Source: an uncultured bacterium (GTDB lineage: Bacteria > Oederibacteriota > JAAXVQ01 > JAUVAV01). From it: a DNA stretch of 64,000 bases. The stretch is taken from contig CAVQBK010000001.1 of NCBI GenBank assembly GCA_963710755.1, positions 160,001 to 224,000 on the forward strand, written 5' to 3'. The first letter of the stretch is position 1, and each line of letters opens with the position of its first letter. This document shows positions 29,611 through 40,485 of this stretch, piece after piece. Made by a program: the position numbers and the translations under genes. The notes beneath the pieces were generated by a model. That model saw only the letters and a program-made list of their open reading frames with translations. It ran no database searches and was not told where the DNA came from.

Positions 29611-32600
29611 TTGGGAAGTTTGCCTGAATTTGCAGTTCGACGTCCAGTAACCGTAGCCATGTTATTTCTGGCCGTGGTGCTTTTGGGGGCCATTTCTTAT
29701 TTGCGCCTGCCTCGGGAATTGTTTCCGCCCATTACTTACCCGCAGTTGACTGTGGTTACCAATTATGAAAATGCAGCGCCGGAAGAAATTGAAACCTTGA
29801 TAACCAAACCCATCGAGGATGCCTGCAGTTCGGTCAATAATGTCAAACGGATTACATCCACCTCGCGTGAAGGTGTCTCTTTGGTGATGTTGGAGTTTGG
29901 TTGGGGCACCAGCATGGATTTTGCAGCCCTTAATGTGCGGGAAAAAATTGACCTGGTGAAGGAAAAACTGCCCAAGGATGCTGATGATCCTATTGTTATG
30001 AAATTCAACCCTTTTGAACTACCGGTCCTGACTTTGTCTGTCACTGCTGATTTGCCCATCTATGAAGTACGGGAAATTTCAAAGAAAATCATTAAAAATC
30101 AGCTGGAAAAAGCCGAAGGGGTGGCGGCTGTTCAAATCACGGGAGGATTGGAAAGGGAAATCCTGGTTACGCTGGACTTGGGCCGATTGAATGCTTCCCG
30201 CCTTTCAACGCTGGCCGTAGTGGATTCCCTGAAGAATTCCAATGTCAATTATCCGGCTGGCACAATTCACGGTCATTTTTACGACTACTTGATCAGAACC
30301 ATGGGTGAATTTACCTCGATCTCGGAAATATCGGAATCTCCGGTAGGCCTGGATAAAAGCGAGGAATATGAAGCCACCGATGAACAGGAAGGCAGCATTA
30401 ATCAAGCCCCCATTACCAAAGCCTCGGACAGTGAGAAACGACCTTACGATAACCGGGTGGTCCAGCTCTCAGATGTGGGCAAAGTGGAGGACACCTTTAA
30501 AGAACAAACATCCATTTCCCGATACAACGGCAGAGAAAATATCTCCATCACTATTCAAAAGCAAGCCGGCACCAATACTATGGAAGTGGTAAAAAATGTC
30601 AAAACAGCTCTGAAAAAATTAGAAGCAGACCTTCCCAAGGGACGTAATATTAAAATTGTCACGGTTTACGATCAGTCTATCTTTGTCAAAAAATCCATTG
30701 ATGATGTTTTTCGGGATGCTATTATCGGTGGGATTCTGGCATTTTTGGTGATCCTGATTTTCCTGCGTAATTTGAGGGCTTCCATCATTGTCATTACTTC
30801 TATTCCCATTTCGATCCTGGCAACTTTTTCATTGATGTATTTTCAAGGCATCACCCTGAATATGATGTCCTTGGGCGGTTTAGCCCTGGGGATAGGGCGA
30901 TTAGTGGATGATGCCATTGTTTGTATTGAAAATATTTATCGCCATTGTCAATTAGGTCTGAAACCCAAGGAAGCAGCGGTGGTGGGTACCCGGGAAGTCA
31001 CCATGGCCGCCATCGCCTCCACGCTGACTACCATAACCGTATTTTTGCCCATGGTTTTTGTGCAGGGTGTAGCCGGTCAGCTGTTTTCCGAATTGGCCTT
31101 GACCGTGACGTTTTCCCTGTTGGCTTCCACAGCCGGCGCGCTGATGCTTATTCCCATGCTGGTATCGCGAGGTGGGGATAATCAACTCAATGAAGTTAAA
31201 CTGTTGCGCCGCACGGAACCCTTTATCCACGGGATTGAGGTTTTTTTCTCACGGCTTTTAATGCTCTTTTTAAAACACCGTTCCACAGGACTAACCTTGA
31301 TTTTTATATTATTTGTGGCCAGTGTCCTCTTGGCCATTCCTTTGAAAAAGGAATTTATGCCCAAAGTGGACCAGGGGCAATTTGTGGTTAAAGTCAACAT
31401 GCCGACAGGCACTATGTTGAAGGTTACTGATGAAGTTTGTAAAAAAGTGGAGAAGATCCTGCTGGCCATTCCGGAGATTTACGATGTTACCGTCAATGTG
31501 GGTTCTTCCAAGGATGGGGAAGCAGGAGAAGCCGTCGACGCGATGGGGCCCCATCAAGCGGCCTTCATGGTGAATCTGAAGCGGGAACGGGAACGAAGCA
31601 CCAACGATGTGGTCCAGGAGTTAAAACAAAAAGTGGATGCTCTCGATACGGGGCCTGCCCAGTTTGAATATCTGGTGCAGGACAGTGCCCTGCAAGTGTC
31701 AGCCTTCACCGGCGGCGCTCCGGTTGCGGTGATCATTAAAGGTAAAGATCTTCACTTAATGAAAAAAATGACATCAGATGTGGAAGATTTGCTCATGGGC
31801 GTGAAGGGCATTTATGGCATCAAAAATACGATTGTGGAAGAAGCCCCTGAAACCAAAGTATATATTCAGCGTGATAAAGCTGCCTTATATAACCTGTCCG
31901 TGGATGATATTTCCAAAACCGCCAAGATCGCCATTAAAGGTGCCACGGAAACCAAGTTCAAAGAACCGGGTAAGGATGAAGTGGATATACGGGTGCGCTT
32001 GCGTAATGAAGATCGGAAAAATATCAATGATATCCGTAATCTTTATATCCAGTCGCCCTTGGATGTGCAAGTGCCGCTTAACGAGGTGGCCTATATAGGT
32101 GTAGGGGTGGGTCCTTCGGAGATCAAACGACAAGACCGGCAGCGGTATATCATGGTTACCGCCAATCTCTACAAACGCAGTTTGAATGATGTCATTGCGG
32201 AAATTCAAAATAAACTTAAATCTTATCCCGTGCCGGAAGGATATTTCACTTATCTTGGCGGTGAGAGTGAACAAATGGCTGAGTCCTTCAAAAGCTTGGC
32301 TTTTGCCTTAGTTCTGGCAATATTACTGGTTTATATGATCATGGCCTCGCAGTTTGAGTCCCTCGTTCAACCTTTTATTATCATGTTCACCGTACCGCTA
32401 TCCCTGATTGGTGTCTTTATTCTGCTCTTTTTATCATCTACCCCGCTTTCAATTGTCGTTATTATTGGAATGATTATGTTGATTGGGATTGTGGTTTCTA
32501 ATGGAATCATTCTTATTGATTATACCAATGTACTTCGTGAACAGGGGTTGAATGCGGAAGACGCTATCATTCGTGCCAGTAAAATTCGGATGCGACCCAT

Positions 32601-32823
32601 ATTAATGACCGCCCTGTCTACCATTATTGCCTTACTTCCGTTGGCCCTGTCCATTGGGGCTGGCGGGGAATTAATGGCACCTTTAGCCGTGACCGTAATC
32701 GGTGGTCTGGCCTCCTCAACTTTCCTGACCATCATCGTTATTCCGGTCATTTATCTAATTGTCGAGGAGCAACGGGGTAAGCTTTCCTTGTTATTCAAAC
32801 GTCCTGCGGAGGAGGCTAGTTAA
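29611..32823 (+). CDS. RND permease (AcrB/MdtB-like), subunit 1
   Basis: AVRRPV, LVDDAIV..ENIYRH, QFES..QP, RMRPILMT. Confidence 0.94.
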   Translation: MGSLPEFAVRRPVTVAMLFLAVVLLGAISYLRLPRELFPPITYPQLTVVTNYENAAPEEIETLITKPIEDACSSVNNVKRITSTSREGVSLVMLEFGWGTSMDFAALNVREKIDLVKEKLPKDADDPIVMKFNPFELPVLTLSVTADLPIYEVREISKKIIKNQLEKAEGVAAVQITGGLEREILVTLDLGRLNASRLSTLAVVDSLKNSNVNYPAGTIHGHFYDYLIRTMGEFTSISEISESPVGLDKSEEYEATDEQEGSINQAPITKASDSEKRPYDNRVVQLSDVGKVEDTFKEQTSISRYNGRENISITIQKQAGTNTMEVVKNVKTALKKLEADLPKGRNIKIVTVYDQSIFVKKSIDDVFRDAIIGGILAFLVILIFLRNLRASIIVITSIPISILATFSLMYFQGITLNMMSLGGLALGIGRLVDDAIVCIENIYRHCQLGLKPKEAAVVGTREVTMAAIASTLTTITVFLPMVFVQGVAGQLFSELALTVTFSLLASTAGALMLIPMLVSRGGDNQLNEVKLLRRTEPFIHGIEVFFSRLLMLFLKHRSTGLTLIFILFVASVLLAIPLKKEFMPKVDQGQFVVKVNMPTGTMLKVTDEVCKKVEKILLAIPEIYDVTVNVGSSKDGEAGEAVDAMGPHQAAFMVNLKRERERSTNDVVQELKQKVDALDTGPAQFEYLVQDSALQVSAFTGGAPVAVIIKGKDLHLMKKMTSDVEDLLMGVKGIYGIKNTIVEEAPETKVYIQRDKAALYNLSVDDISKTAKIAIKGATETKFKEPGKDEVDIRVRLRNEDRKNINDIRNLYIQSPLDVQVPLNEVAYIGVGVGPSEIKRQDRQRYIMVTANLYKRSLNDVIAEIQNKLKSYPVPEGYFTYLGGESEQMAESFKSLAFALVLAILLVYMIMASQFESLVQPFIIMFTVPLSLIGVFILLFLSSTPLSIVVIIGMIMLIGIVVSNGIILIDYTNVLREQGLNAEDAIIRASKIRMRPILMTALSTIIALLPLALSIGAGGELMAPLAVTVIGGLASSTFLTIIVIPVIYLIVEEQRGKLSLLFKRPAEEAS

Positions 32824-32825
32824 CC

Positions 32826-35800
32826 GTGGGATTGCCTGCCTTTTTCATACGCCGACCGGTGACTATTTTTATGATCTTTTTAGGGATATCCCTAATGGGT
32901 GTCATTTCTTTGAGCAAGCTGCCTCTGGAATTGAAGCCCAATACCAGCAATCCCGTGGTGACCATTACTATTCAATATCCGGGCGTTCCGCCCACTGAAG
33001 TCGAGAGTATGGTCACCACCAAAGTGGAAGAAGCAGTGGCCACGGCGTCACATCTTAAAAATATCGAATCCTCTTCGGAGGATGGCAAATCGGAAACCGT
33101 GCTAGAATTTGAACCGGGTACGGATATGAATTTTGCTGCCTTGGAAGTCAGAGAAAAATTTGCCAAGGTCAGAAACCAGCTGCCCAAAGGTATTCGCAAA
33201 CCAATACTGGGAAAATATGATGTGGCCGATACACCGGTGATGATTATCGCCATGCTCTCGGACAACATCACCACGGAAAAAATGCGCCAGCTTGCAGACA
33301 GGGAACTGAAAGAACCCCTTAACCGGGTCACCGGTGTTTCCAATGTTGAGGTTTCAGGCGGGCGGGAGCGTAAAATCCTGGTGGAAATCGATCAAAGCCG
33401 TTTGCAATCTTATGGCCTTTCTATTGAACAGATTGTGAAAGTGCTAAGTGACAACAATATCAACTTACTAGCCGGCCGGATGCAACGAGGAAAATATAAC
33501 TACATGATCCGTACTATCGGGCAATTTCAAACCCTCAAGGGTATTGAAAACATTGGTCTGGCTTCCAACAATGACGGCATGATTATTCGCCTGGGTGATG
33601 TGGGCCGTATTCACGATTCCTATTTGGAAGCTGCCGGTTTTGCCCGATATGATGCAGCGCCCACCGTGTCCATCTATATTCATAAAGAACGTCAGGCCAA
33701 TACGATTGAGGTTTGCGACGGCATAAGAAAAGCGCTGAAAGACTTGGAACCGAAAATAAAAAAAGGTATCCGCATGGTCACGGTCATGGATCAGTCCATC
33801 AGCATAAAAAAGGCTATTGATACTGTGGATGAAGCTTTGATTACCGGCGCTATTTTGGCGGCGTTGATCTTGCTGATATCACTGCGCAGCCTGCGCAGTT
33901 CTTTAATTATTGCGCTTTCCATTCCATTGGCCATTCTCACCACCTTCATTTTCATGTATTTTCAGAAAATTACTTTAAATACGATGACCCTTTCAGGGTT
34001 GGCCCTTGCCTGCGGTAGTTTGGTGGATGCCAGTATTGTGGTCCTTGACAATATTTTCAAAAAAAACGAAGAGGGGTTGCCCATCAAGGAAGCTTCCGTG
34101 GTGGGCAGTGAAGAGGTGGGATTTGCCATAATCGCTTCCACCATCACCACGGTAGTCGTTTTTATCCCCATGATATTTGTCGACAAGGAAATCCGCATGC
34201 TTTTTTCGGGATTGGCCATGACCGTCATATACTCTCTAATGGCTTCCTTGTTCGTAGCCCAGAGTTTACTCCCCGTATTGGCCAGCCAATTACTAAAAAA
34301 TACAAAAAATGAAAAAAAGACGCAATGGACACCCCGGGCCAAGCCGCCGCTCAAACAAGTGCTGATGAACGGTTATCGCCAAATTCTGGCCTTGGCCGTC
34401 CGGAATCGCTATATCTTTTTAGGGGTTCTTCTGGTCCTGCTGGGATTGGCGGTCTTTCTTAACAATAAGTTGGGATCGGAATTCATGGGCAGCGTTGAAG
34501 AGAACAAAGTCACTGTCAATCTGACCCTTCCGGCGGGTACTAAATTGGAAATTTCCAATGAAATTGTGAAGCGTCTGGAACGTTTTTTGGCGCGAGTTCC
34601 GGAAATAAAAAACATTTCTTCCCTGGTAGAACAGAATCGGTCGGAAGTGCATGTGGAATTCAAGTCAGCGGCGCAACGCAAGCGCTCTATAAAAGAGATT
34701 TTAGAAGAACTAAGGCCGCAACTGACTCAGTTCCGGCCCGCTTATGTGTATTTTGAAGAAAAACAGGACGTGGGCACCAAAACCCTGGTCCTTGATCTCT
34801 TTGGTTATGACTATGTGATTTTGAAGCAATTGGCCATTTCAATGGCCAACCGTCTGGAAAGTCTACCGGGCCTTACGGATGTGCGTATCCGCATGAAAGA
34901 AGGCCGGCCGGAAATGCGCTTTATTGTGGATAAAGCCAAAGCTGCTCAATTTGATCTTAATGTCAAGAATCTGGCGGAAGAAGTGAATACCATGATGCGC
35001 GGGGTTATTGCCACCCAATACCATGCGGTTGGCGAAGAAATCGAAACCATTGTCAGACTTGATGAAAAATACCGTAAAACCTTGGACGACATCAATAAAT
35101 TAACCGTGGCCAATCCTAAAGGGGATCAAATATATTTGTCTCAAATCGGCACTTTTTCTCCCGGTTTGGGTCCTTCGGAAATATGGAGAAAAAACAAATC
35201 CCGTATGATTCAAATTTCAGCCACGGTTTCCACTGATCTTGGCTCTACTGTGGCCAAGGTTCGAGATGCCTTATCGGTTATAGAATTTCCCAAAGGGTAT
35301 TATTATCGCTTTGGCGGCAATTATGACAAGATGGTGGAAAGCACCAAACAATTAACTTTCGCCGTAGTGCTAACCATCCTTCTGGTCTACATGGTTCTGG
35401 CGGCCTTTTTTGAATCCTACACCCAACCGTTTATTATTATGATCTCAGTGGCCATGGCCGTCATTGGTGTGGTGGGCGCGTTGTATATAACGGGCAAGCC
35501 TAAAAGCATCGGGGTTTTTATTGGTATGTTAATGCTGGCCGGCATGGTGGTTAATCCTGCCATCATTTTGGTCGATTATATTAATCTTTTAAAAGAAAAA
35601 GGCCATAGCATGTTCAAGGCCATACTATCAGCCTCTCAGAGCCGTCTTAGACCCATTTTCATGACCGTGTCCACAGCCATCCTGGGGCTGCTGCCCATGG
35701 CACTGGATAAAAGTGAAAGCTCTAATTTGTGGTCACCTCTGGCGATTACGGTGGTGGGGGGGTTAATCACCAGTACTATTTTGACGTTGCTGTTTGTACC

Positions 35801-35927
35801 CTGTGTCTATGTTATTTTTAATGATATTAAACTACTCTTTTTGAAAATAGGTGGATTTTTAAAAAAACATCTGCTGGGGTCAGCTAAGCACAATCCGCAG
35901 CCAGATTCAATGATCAATAATCCTTAA
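32826..35927 (+). CDS. RND permease (AcrB/MdtC-like), subunit 2
   Basis: FIRRPV, LVDASIVV.DNI, FES..QP, RLRPIFMT. Confidence 0.94.
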   Translation: MGLPAFFIRRPVTIFMIFLGISLMGVISLSKLPLELKPNTSNPVVTITIQYPGVPPTEVESMVTTKVEEAVATASHLKNIESSSEDGKSETVLEFEPGTDMNFAALEVREKFAKVRNQLPKGIRKPILGKYDVADTPVMIIAMLSDNITTEKMRQLADRELKEPLNRVTGVSNVEVSGGRERKILVEIDQSRLQSYGLSIEQIVKVLSDNNINLLAGRMQRGKYNYMIRTIGQFQTLKGIENIGLASNNDGMIIRLGDVGRIHDSYLEAAGFARYDAAPTVSIYIHKERQANTIEVCDGIRKALKDLEPKIKKGIRMVTVMDQSISIKKAIDTVDEALITGAILAALILLISLRSLRSSLIIALSIPLAILTTFIFMYFQKITLNTMTLSGLALACGSLVDASIVVLDNIFKKNEEGLPIKEASVVGSEEVGFAIIASTITTVVVFIPMIFVDKEIRMLFSGLAMTVIYSLMASLFVAQSLLPVLASQLLKNTKNEKKTQWTPRAKPPLKQVLMNGYRQILALAVRNRYIFLGVLLVLLGLAVFLNNKLGSEFMGSVEENKVTVNLTLPAGTKLEISNEIVKRLERFLARVPEIKNISSLVEQNRSEVHVEFKSAAQRKRSIKEILEELRPQLTQFRPAYVYFEEKQDVGTKTLVLDLFGYDYVILKQLAISMANRLESLPGLTDVRIRMKEGRPEMRFIVDKAKAAQFDLNVKNLAEEVNTMMRGVIATQYHAVGEEIETIVRLDEKYRKTLDDINKLTVANPKGDQIYLSQIGTFSPGLGPSEIWRKNKSRMIQISATVSTDLGSTVAKVRDALSVIEFPKGYYYRFGGNYDKMVESTKQLTFAVVLTILLVYMVLAAFFESYTQPFIIMISVAMAVIGVVGALYITGKPKSIGVFIGMLMLAGMVVNPAIILVDYINLLKEKGHSMFKAILSASQSRLRPIFMTVSTAILGLLPMALDKSESSNLWSPLAITVVGGLITSTILTLLFVPCVYVIFNDIKLLFLKIGGFLKKHLLGSAKHNPQPDSMINNP

Positions 35928-35940
35928 CAGGAGTGTAATT

Positions 35941-37896
35941 ATGCAGCATTTTATCAAGATGATGTTCAAGGGCGCGCCGATGTTATTGCTGTTATGGTCT
36001 TTCAATCATGGTTGGCCAAAGCAGGTGCAAGCCGCTGAGAATCGTAATTCGAGTGCAGCCGAAGTCCAACCATTGCAAACCCAAAGCATGGATGAACTGA
36101 CCCAGGATGAATGGGAAGAACTGGCACCGGAAGAATCTACTTCAGATGTGGCACCTGTTCAGGATACGACTACAGCCGATGCAACAAATCCAGATGCCGG
36201 TGCAGCAGAAAACAGTGATGAAGATGATCTTTCTGACGAAGATTTATGGCTGGAACCGGATATAGGCTTGGAAGAAACCCCAGAGGCCGAGGCCACACCT
36301 GTACCGGAAAAAATCCCTTCCGGTACCTTGCCCGAGCCAAAAAAAGAAGACTCCAAGACTACGCCTTCCGTCAAAAAGGAACCAGCTCCTGCTGAAGAGG
36401 AAAATCAAGCAGTGAATCAGGATGTGTCCAATATTGAGGATGAACTTGATGCTGCCGGGTTGGATGAAGAATGGGAGGAAGGCTGGACTTCGGCGGACGA
36501 GGCTGACCTGGATAAAGCTACGGAATTAAAAGAACAACCTGCTGAGACCGAAAGCATCCCCAGCGTATTAACCAATCTGGAGGAGTGTAAACGGGTGGCC
36601 TTGATCAATGATCGCCGTATCCAGGTGGCCTTAAAAGAAATTAAATACAATCGCTATAAACTATTGGAAGCCGAAAGGCAATTTTTGCCCCAGGTTAAAG
36701 CCAGTTGGGAAAAACAAAAGGGGTCTTCTGCCTCCGGCAACGCAGGATCAGGAGATACGGGGTTTGATGGACTGAAATATGGCCTTGAGGCGCAGCAGAT
36801 ACTGTTTAATGGCGGCAAACTCACTTATCAGTTAAAGCAGGCCAAAACCAATCTGGATGTCGCCAAAAAAAAATATTTACAAGCACGTCAGGAAATTATA
36901 TACAAAGTTGAAAAAGCGTACTATGAATTAGTGAAAACACAAATGGCTTTTGAAATTCAAGCGGATTTATCCAAATCCGCGGAATCGGCTTTGTCCTATT
37001 CCCGTGAGGCCTATAGACAAGGTGTGAATTCCTATCACGAATTTCTCAACGTACAATCTCAAACCGACCAGACTTACTATCAGCTTTTATCTTCCCAACA
37101 AGAAGTGGCCCTGGGGGAACTGGGGCTAAGACAGGTTTGCAACATTGACACCACCATTGGCATTCAGATCAATGCCGTCTTGACCTTTACGGATTTTGAA
37201 TTTAATTACTCCCTGGAAGAATGTTTGGAATTGGCCTTTAAAAACAGGCCGGATTTGGCGGTCAATGAACTGACCACACTGGCGGATATTTATGGTATCA
37301 AAATGTCCATGGCTGAAGGTATGCCCAAAATCGAGTTTATGGGCACAGTCGGTAAGAATGGCCAGAGTAAAGCCTCGGAAGCGCTCAATCTCAATGACGA
37401 GTGGTCGGCCAAGCTGCAGGCTACTTGGATTTTAGGGGCCAATAGTTTGCAATATTCTTTGGAAAAGAAGAAAACCGTGCCCACCGAATTTGGCACCACC
37501 GACAATGTCAAGGATTCACAAACCCATGATGTTACCTTATCCATTTTCGACAAATTGGAAAATTTCTCGAATTTAGCCAAAGAAGTGGTCACCAAAACCA
37601 CCTCGGAGGCTGATTTGGTGGAATTAAGAGGTAAAGTGGCTCATGAAGTGGAAGAAAATTATTTTAATTACCAGAAAGCCATGACCATGGTAACGGCCTC
37701 GCTATCCAAGATAAAATTCCGTGAAAAAGATCTGGAAGTGAACCGGGCCAAACAAATGATGAACGAAGTGCCCTTGTCGCAAGTGCTTACCATTGAGCTG
37801 CAACTGGGGGAAGAGAGGGTTAATTATGTACAAGCCTTGTCTGATTACTATACTTCGATTTCAGGGTTGTTTAAGGCCATGGGCTTATCTAAATAG
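35941..37896 (+). CDS. TolC-family outer-membrane factor with an acidic N-terminal extension
   Basis: L.EC...AL, FLPQV, LFNGG, VEKAYYEL, A..NRPDL duplicated OEP halves. Confidence 0.88.
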   Translation: MQHFIKMMFKGAPMLLLLWSFNHGWPKQVQAAENRNSSAAEVQPLQTQSMDELTQDEWEELAPEESTSDVAPVQDTTTADATNPDAGAAENSDEDDLSDEDLWLEPDIGLEETPEAEATPVPEKIPSGTLPEPKKEDSKTTPSVKKEPAPAEEENQAVNQDVSNIEDELDAAGLDEEWEEGWTSADEADLDKATELKEQPAETESIPSVLTNLEECKRVALINDRRIQVALKEIKYNRYKLLEAERQFLPQVKASWEKQKGSSASGNAGSGDTGFDGLKYGLEAQQILFNGGKLTYQLKQAKTNLDVAKKKYLQARQEIIYKVEKAYYELVKTQMAFEIQADLSKSAESALSYSREAYRQGVNSYHEFLNVQSQTDQTYYQLLSSQQEVALGELGLRQVCNIDTTIGIQINAVLTFTDFEFNYSLEECLELAFKNRPDLAVNELTTLADIYGIKMSMAEGMPKIEFMGTVGKNGQSKASEALNLNDEWSAKLQATWILGANSLQYSLEKKKTVPTEFGTTDNVKDSQTHDVTLSIFDKLENFSNLAKEVVTKTTSEADLVELRGKVAHEVEENYFNYQKAMTMVTASLSKIKFREKDLEVNRAKQMMNEVPLSQVLTIELQLGEERVNYVQALSDYYTSISGLFKAMGLSK

Positions 37897-37923
37897 CACC
37901 ACCAATCCGGGATTGGTATGGTG
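37897..37923 (+). terminator. Hairpin after tolC (no U tract)
   Basis: CACC-ACCAATCC-G-GGATTGGT-AT-GGTG. Confidence 0.35.
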
Positions 37924-38014
37924 ACTTCCATTCTTATCTGAACGCAACCTGAATTCATGAAACCACTGCTGTTATAAGTCATTTTAAGCTAAAAAATCGC
38001 GTTCGAATAAGCGC

Positions 38015-38042
38015 TTGACAGTGACTGTTTTGCAGGTATAAT
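38015..38042 (+). promoter_or_regulatory. Sigma70 promoter of the hom operon
   Basis: TTGACA-16 nt-TATAAT, both boxes consensus. Confidence 0.75.
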
Positions 38043-38083
38043 GCCGTGATTGTGCCTTGAAAAAGAAAGGAGCTTTGCTTCTG

Positions 38084-39397
38084 ATGAAGAAATCCGTGAA
38101 TGTGGGGTTGATAGGTTGGGGAACGGTTGGAACCGGTGTCTCCAAAATCATTCTACAAAAAGCAGACCTACTGACCTTGAGGTCGGGAATTGAAATTAAT
38201 CTTAAGAAAATTGCTGATTTGGATGTTGGCCGGGACCGCGGTGTGCAGGTTCGTAAAGAGCTGCTTACGACGGATGCCCAAACCATTTTGGATGATCCGG
38301 AGATTGATATTGTCATTGAATTGATTGGCGGGATCGAACCTGCGAAAAGCTTTATTTTGAAAGCCTTAAAAGCAGGAAAACATGTGGTCACCGCCAATAA
38401 AGCCTTGATGGCCAAGCATTGGGATGAATTGCAAAGCGTAGCCCGCCATTCCGGTGCGGACATCTATTTTGAGGCTGCCGTGGGTGGGGGAATTCCGGTA
38501 GTTCAAAGTTTAAATGACGGCTTGGCGGCCAACCACGTCAAGGCTATCTATGGCATTATTAATGGAACGGCCAATTATATCCTTACGGAGATGGCCGGAG
38601 GTTCAAATTATAGCGAAACCCTGGCAAAGGCTCAAGCCAAGGGTTATGCGGAAGCTGACCCAACCCTGGATGTGGGCGGCGGTGATACATTGCATAAGCT
38701 GGTCATCCTATCCTCCTTGGCTTTCGGCAAGGCTATTGATCCCAAAGATGTTTATTTGGAAGGCATTACGGAAATCACGGCTCAGGACATAGAATATGCC
38801 ATGGAAGAGTTTGGGAAATCTATTAAGCTGCTGGGTATTGCCAAACAAACTGAAAATGGCAAAATTCAAATACGTGTACATCCCACGATGGTGTCTGCGG
38901 AGCATTTGCTGGCTAAAATTAACGGTGTTTACAATGGTATTTATGTGGTGGGCGATTCTGTGGGACCGACCCTATTTTATGGCAAAGGTGCAGGGGAAAT
39001 GCCTACGGCTTCCGCTGTTATGTCCGATGTCATCTTTATTGCCCGAAATATTCACATGGGCGTAGCCGGCAAAGTGCCTTCGGTCTATTATCAGCCTGAA
39101 AAAATCGAGCCCGCCCAATTGGAAGTGATCGAAGAATTGAAGGCGCAATATTATTTGCGCTTTAACGTCAAAGACGAAGTGGGCGTCATTGCCAAAATTG
39201 CCGGTGTGTTAGGGGAAAAAGATATATCTATTGAGGCAGTTATACAAAAAGCCAGGTATGAAAATAATATGGTGCCCGTGGTTATCACGACTTATGAAGC
39301 GAAAGAAAAAGCCATCAAAGAGGCCTTGGCCGCCATTGACCAAATGCCTTTTGTCATGAAACCAACGCTGCGCATAAGGATGGAAGACATTGAATAA
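38084..39397 (+). CDS. hom: Homoserine dehydrogenase
   Basis: G.GTVG, HVVTANKA, FEAAVGGGIP, INGTANYIL, GYAEADP, GAG..PTASAV; ACT domain. Confidence 0.96.
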   Translation: MKKSVNVGLIGWGTVGTGVSKIILQKADLLTLRSGIEINLKKIADLDVGRDRGVQVRKELLTTDAQTILDDPEIDIVIELIGGIEPAKSFILKALKAGKHVVTANKALMAKHWDELQSVARHSGADIYFEAAVGGGIPVVQSLNDGLAANHVKAIYGIINGTANYILTEMAGGSNYSETLAKAQAKGYAEADPTLDVGGGDTLHKLVILSSLAFGKAIDPKDVYLEGITEITAQDIEYAMEEFGKSIKLLGIAKQTENGKIQIRVHPTMVSAEHLLAKINGVYNGIYVVGDSVGPTLFYGKGAGEMPTASAVMSDVIFIARNIHMGVAGKVPSVYYQPEKIEPAQLEVIEELKAQYYLRFNVKDEVGVIAKIAGVLGEKDISIEAVIQKARYENNMVPVVITTYEAKEKAIKEALAAIDQMPFVMKPTLRIRMEDIE

Positions 39398-40484
39398 TTA
39401 TACCGGATTAATCAATCGCTATCGCGCCCATCTGCCAGTAAATGCCAAAACCCCGGTTGTCACGTTGCATGAAGGGAACACACCGTTGATCCCGGTACCA
39501 TCGTTGGCCCAATTGGCAGGGGCCAAACTGGACGTCTATGTTAAATATGAAGGCCTGAACCCCACGGGGTCCTTCAAAGATCGCGGCATGACCATGGCCA
39601 TTACCAAAGCCAAAGAAGAAGGGGCCAAGGCCGTTATCTGTGCCTCCACGGGAAATACATCGGCCTCTGCGGCTGCATATGCAGCCCGGGCAGGAATGAA
39701 ATGTTACGTGGTTATCCCCCAAGGTGCCATTGCTTTGGGTAAGTTAGCCCAGGCTATGATGCATGGTGCTGTAGTAATCGCAATTGACGGCAATTTTGAC
39801 GATGCTCTGGAGATAGTTAAAGAAATATCTGAAAAACACAAAGTAACTCTTGTTAATTCAATAAATCCATACAGAATAGAAGGTCAGAAAACCGGTTCTT
39901 TTGAAATCGTGGATCAATTAGGAAAGGCCCCTGATTTTCATTTCATTCCCGTAGGCAATGCTGGTAATATCACAGCTTATTGGAAGGGCTACAAAGAATA
40001 TAAAGCCCTGGGCAAGATCAAAAAGCTTCCCAAGATGATGGGTTGGCAAGCCGCCTTGTCTGCCCCCATTGTGAAAGGCCACCCTATAAAAGATCCCAAA
40101 ACCATAGCCACGGCCATTAAAATAGGCAATCCTGCGTCCTGGGCTCAAGCTGTAGATGCCCGCGATCAGTCCAAGGGGTTGATCGATATGGTAACGGATA
40201 AGGAAATTCTTGCCGCTTATGCTCATTTGAGCGGGCTAGAGGGTGTTTTTTGTGAACCCGCATCAGCTGCCTCAGTGGCAGGATTCATTAAATTAGCCCG
40301 CCAGGATTACTTCAAAATCCATTTAAAAAATAAAGCTACCGTTGTGTGCGTGCTCACAGGTCATGGATTAAAAGACCCCGATCGTGCGATTGCCCAATCT
40401 CCCAAACCCAAAAATTGCCCTGCGAAAACGCAGGCGGTCTTGAAATTAATGGGGCTCACTTCCGGTGCAGGCAGGAAAGAATAA
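39390..40484 (+). CDS. thrC: Threonine synthase
   Basis: EGNTPL, KYEGLNPTGSFKDRGM, CASTGNTSAS, PVGNAGN, EPASA, TGHGLKD. Confidence 0.96.
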   Translation: MNNYTGLINRYRAHLPVNAKTPVVTLHEGNTPLIPVPSLAQLAGAKLDVYVKYEGLNPTGSFKDRGMTMAITKAKEEGAKAVICASTGNTSASAAAYAARAGMKCYVVIPQGAIALGKLAQAMMHGAVVIAIDGNFDDALEIVKEISEKHKVTLVNSINPYRIEGQKTGSFEIVDQLGKAPDFHFIPVGNAGNITAYWKGYKEYKALGKIKKLPKMMGWQAALSAPIVKGHPIKDPKTIATAIKIGNPASWAQAVDARDQSKGLIDMVTDKEILAAYAHLSGLEGVFCEPASAASVAGFIKLARQDYFKIHLKNKATVVCVLTGHGLKDPDRAIAQSPKPKNCPAKTQAVLKLMGLTSGAGRKE

Positions 40485-40485
40485 A

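Noticed and set aside
38015-38084. Lysine riboswitch, T-box or attenuator for the thr/lysC operon
   Set aside because: The consensus promoter is only about 40 nt from the start codon, leaving no room
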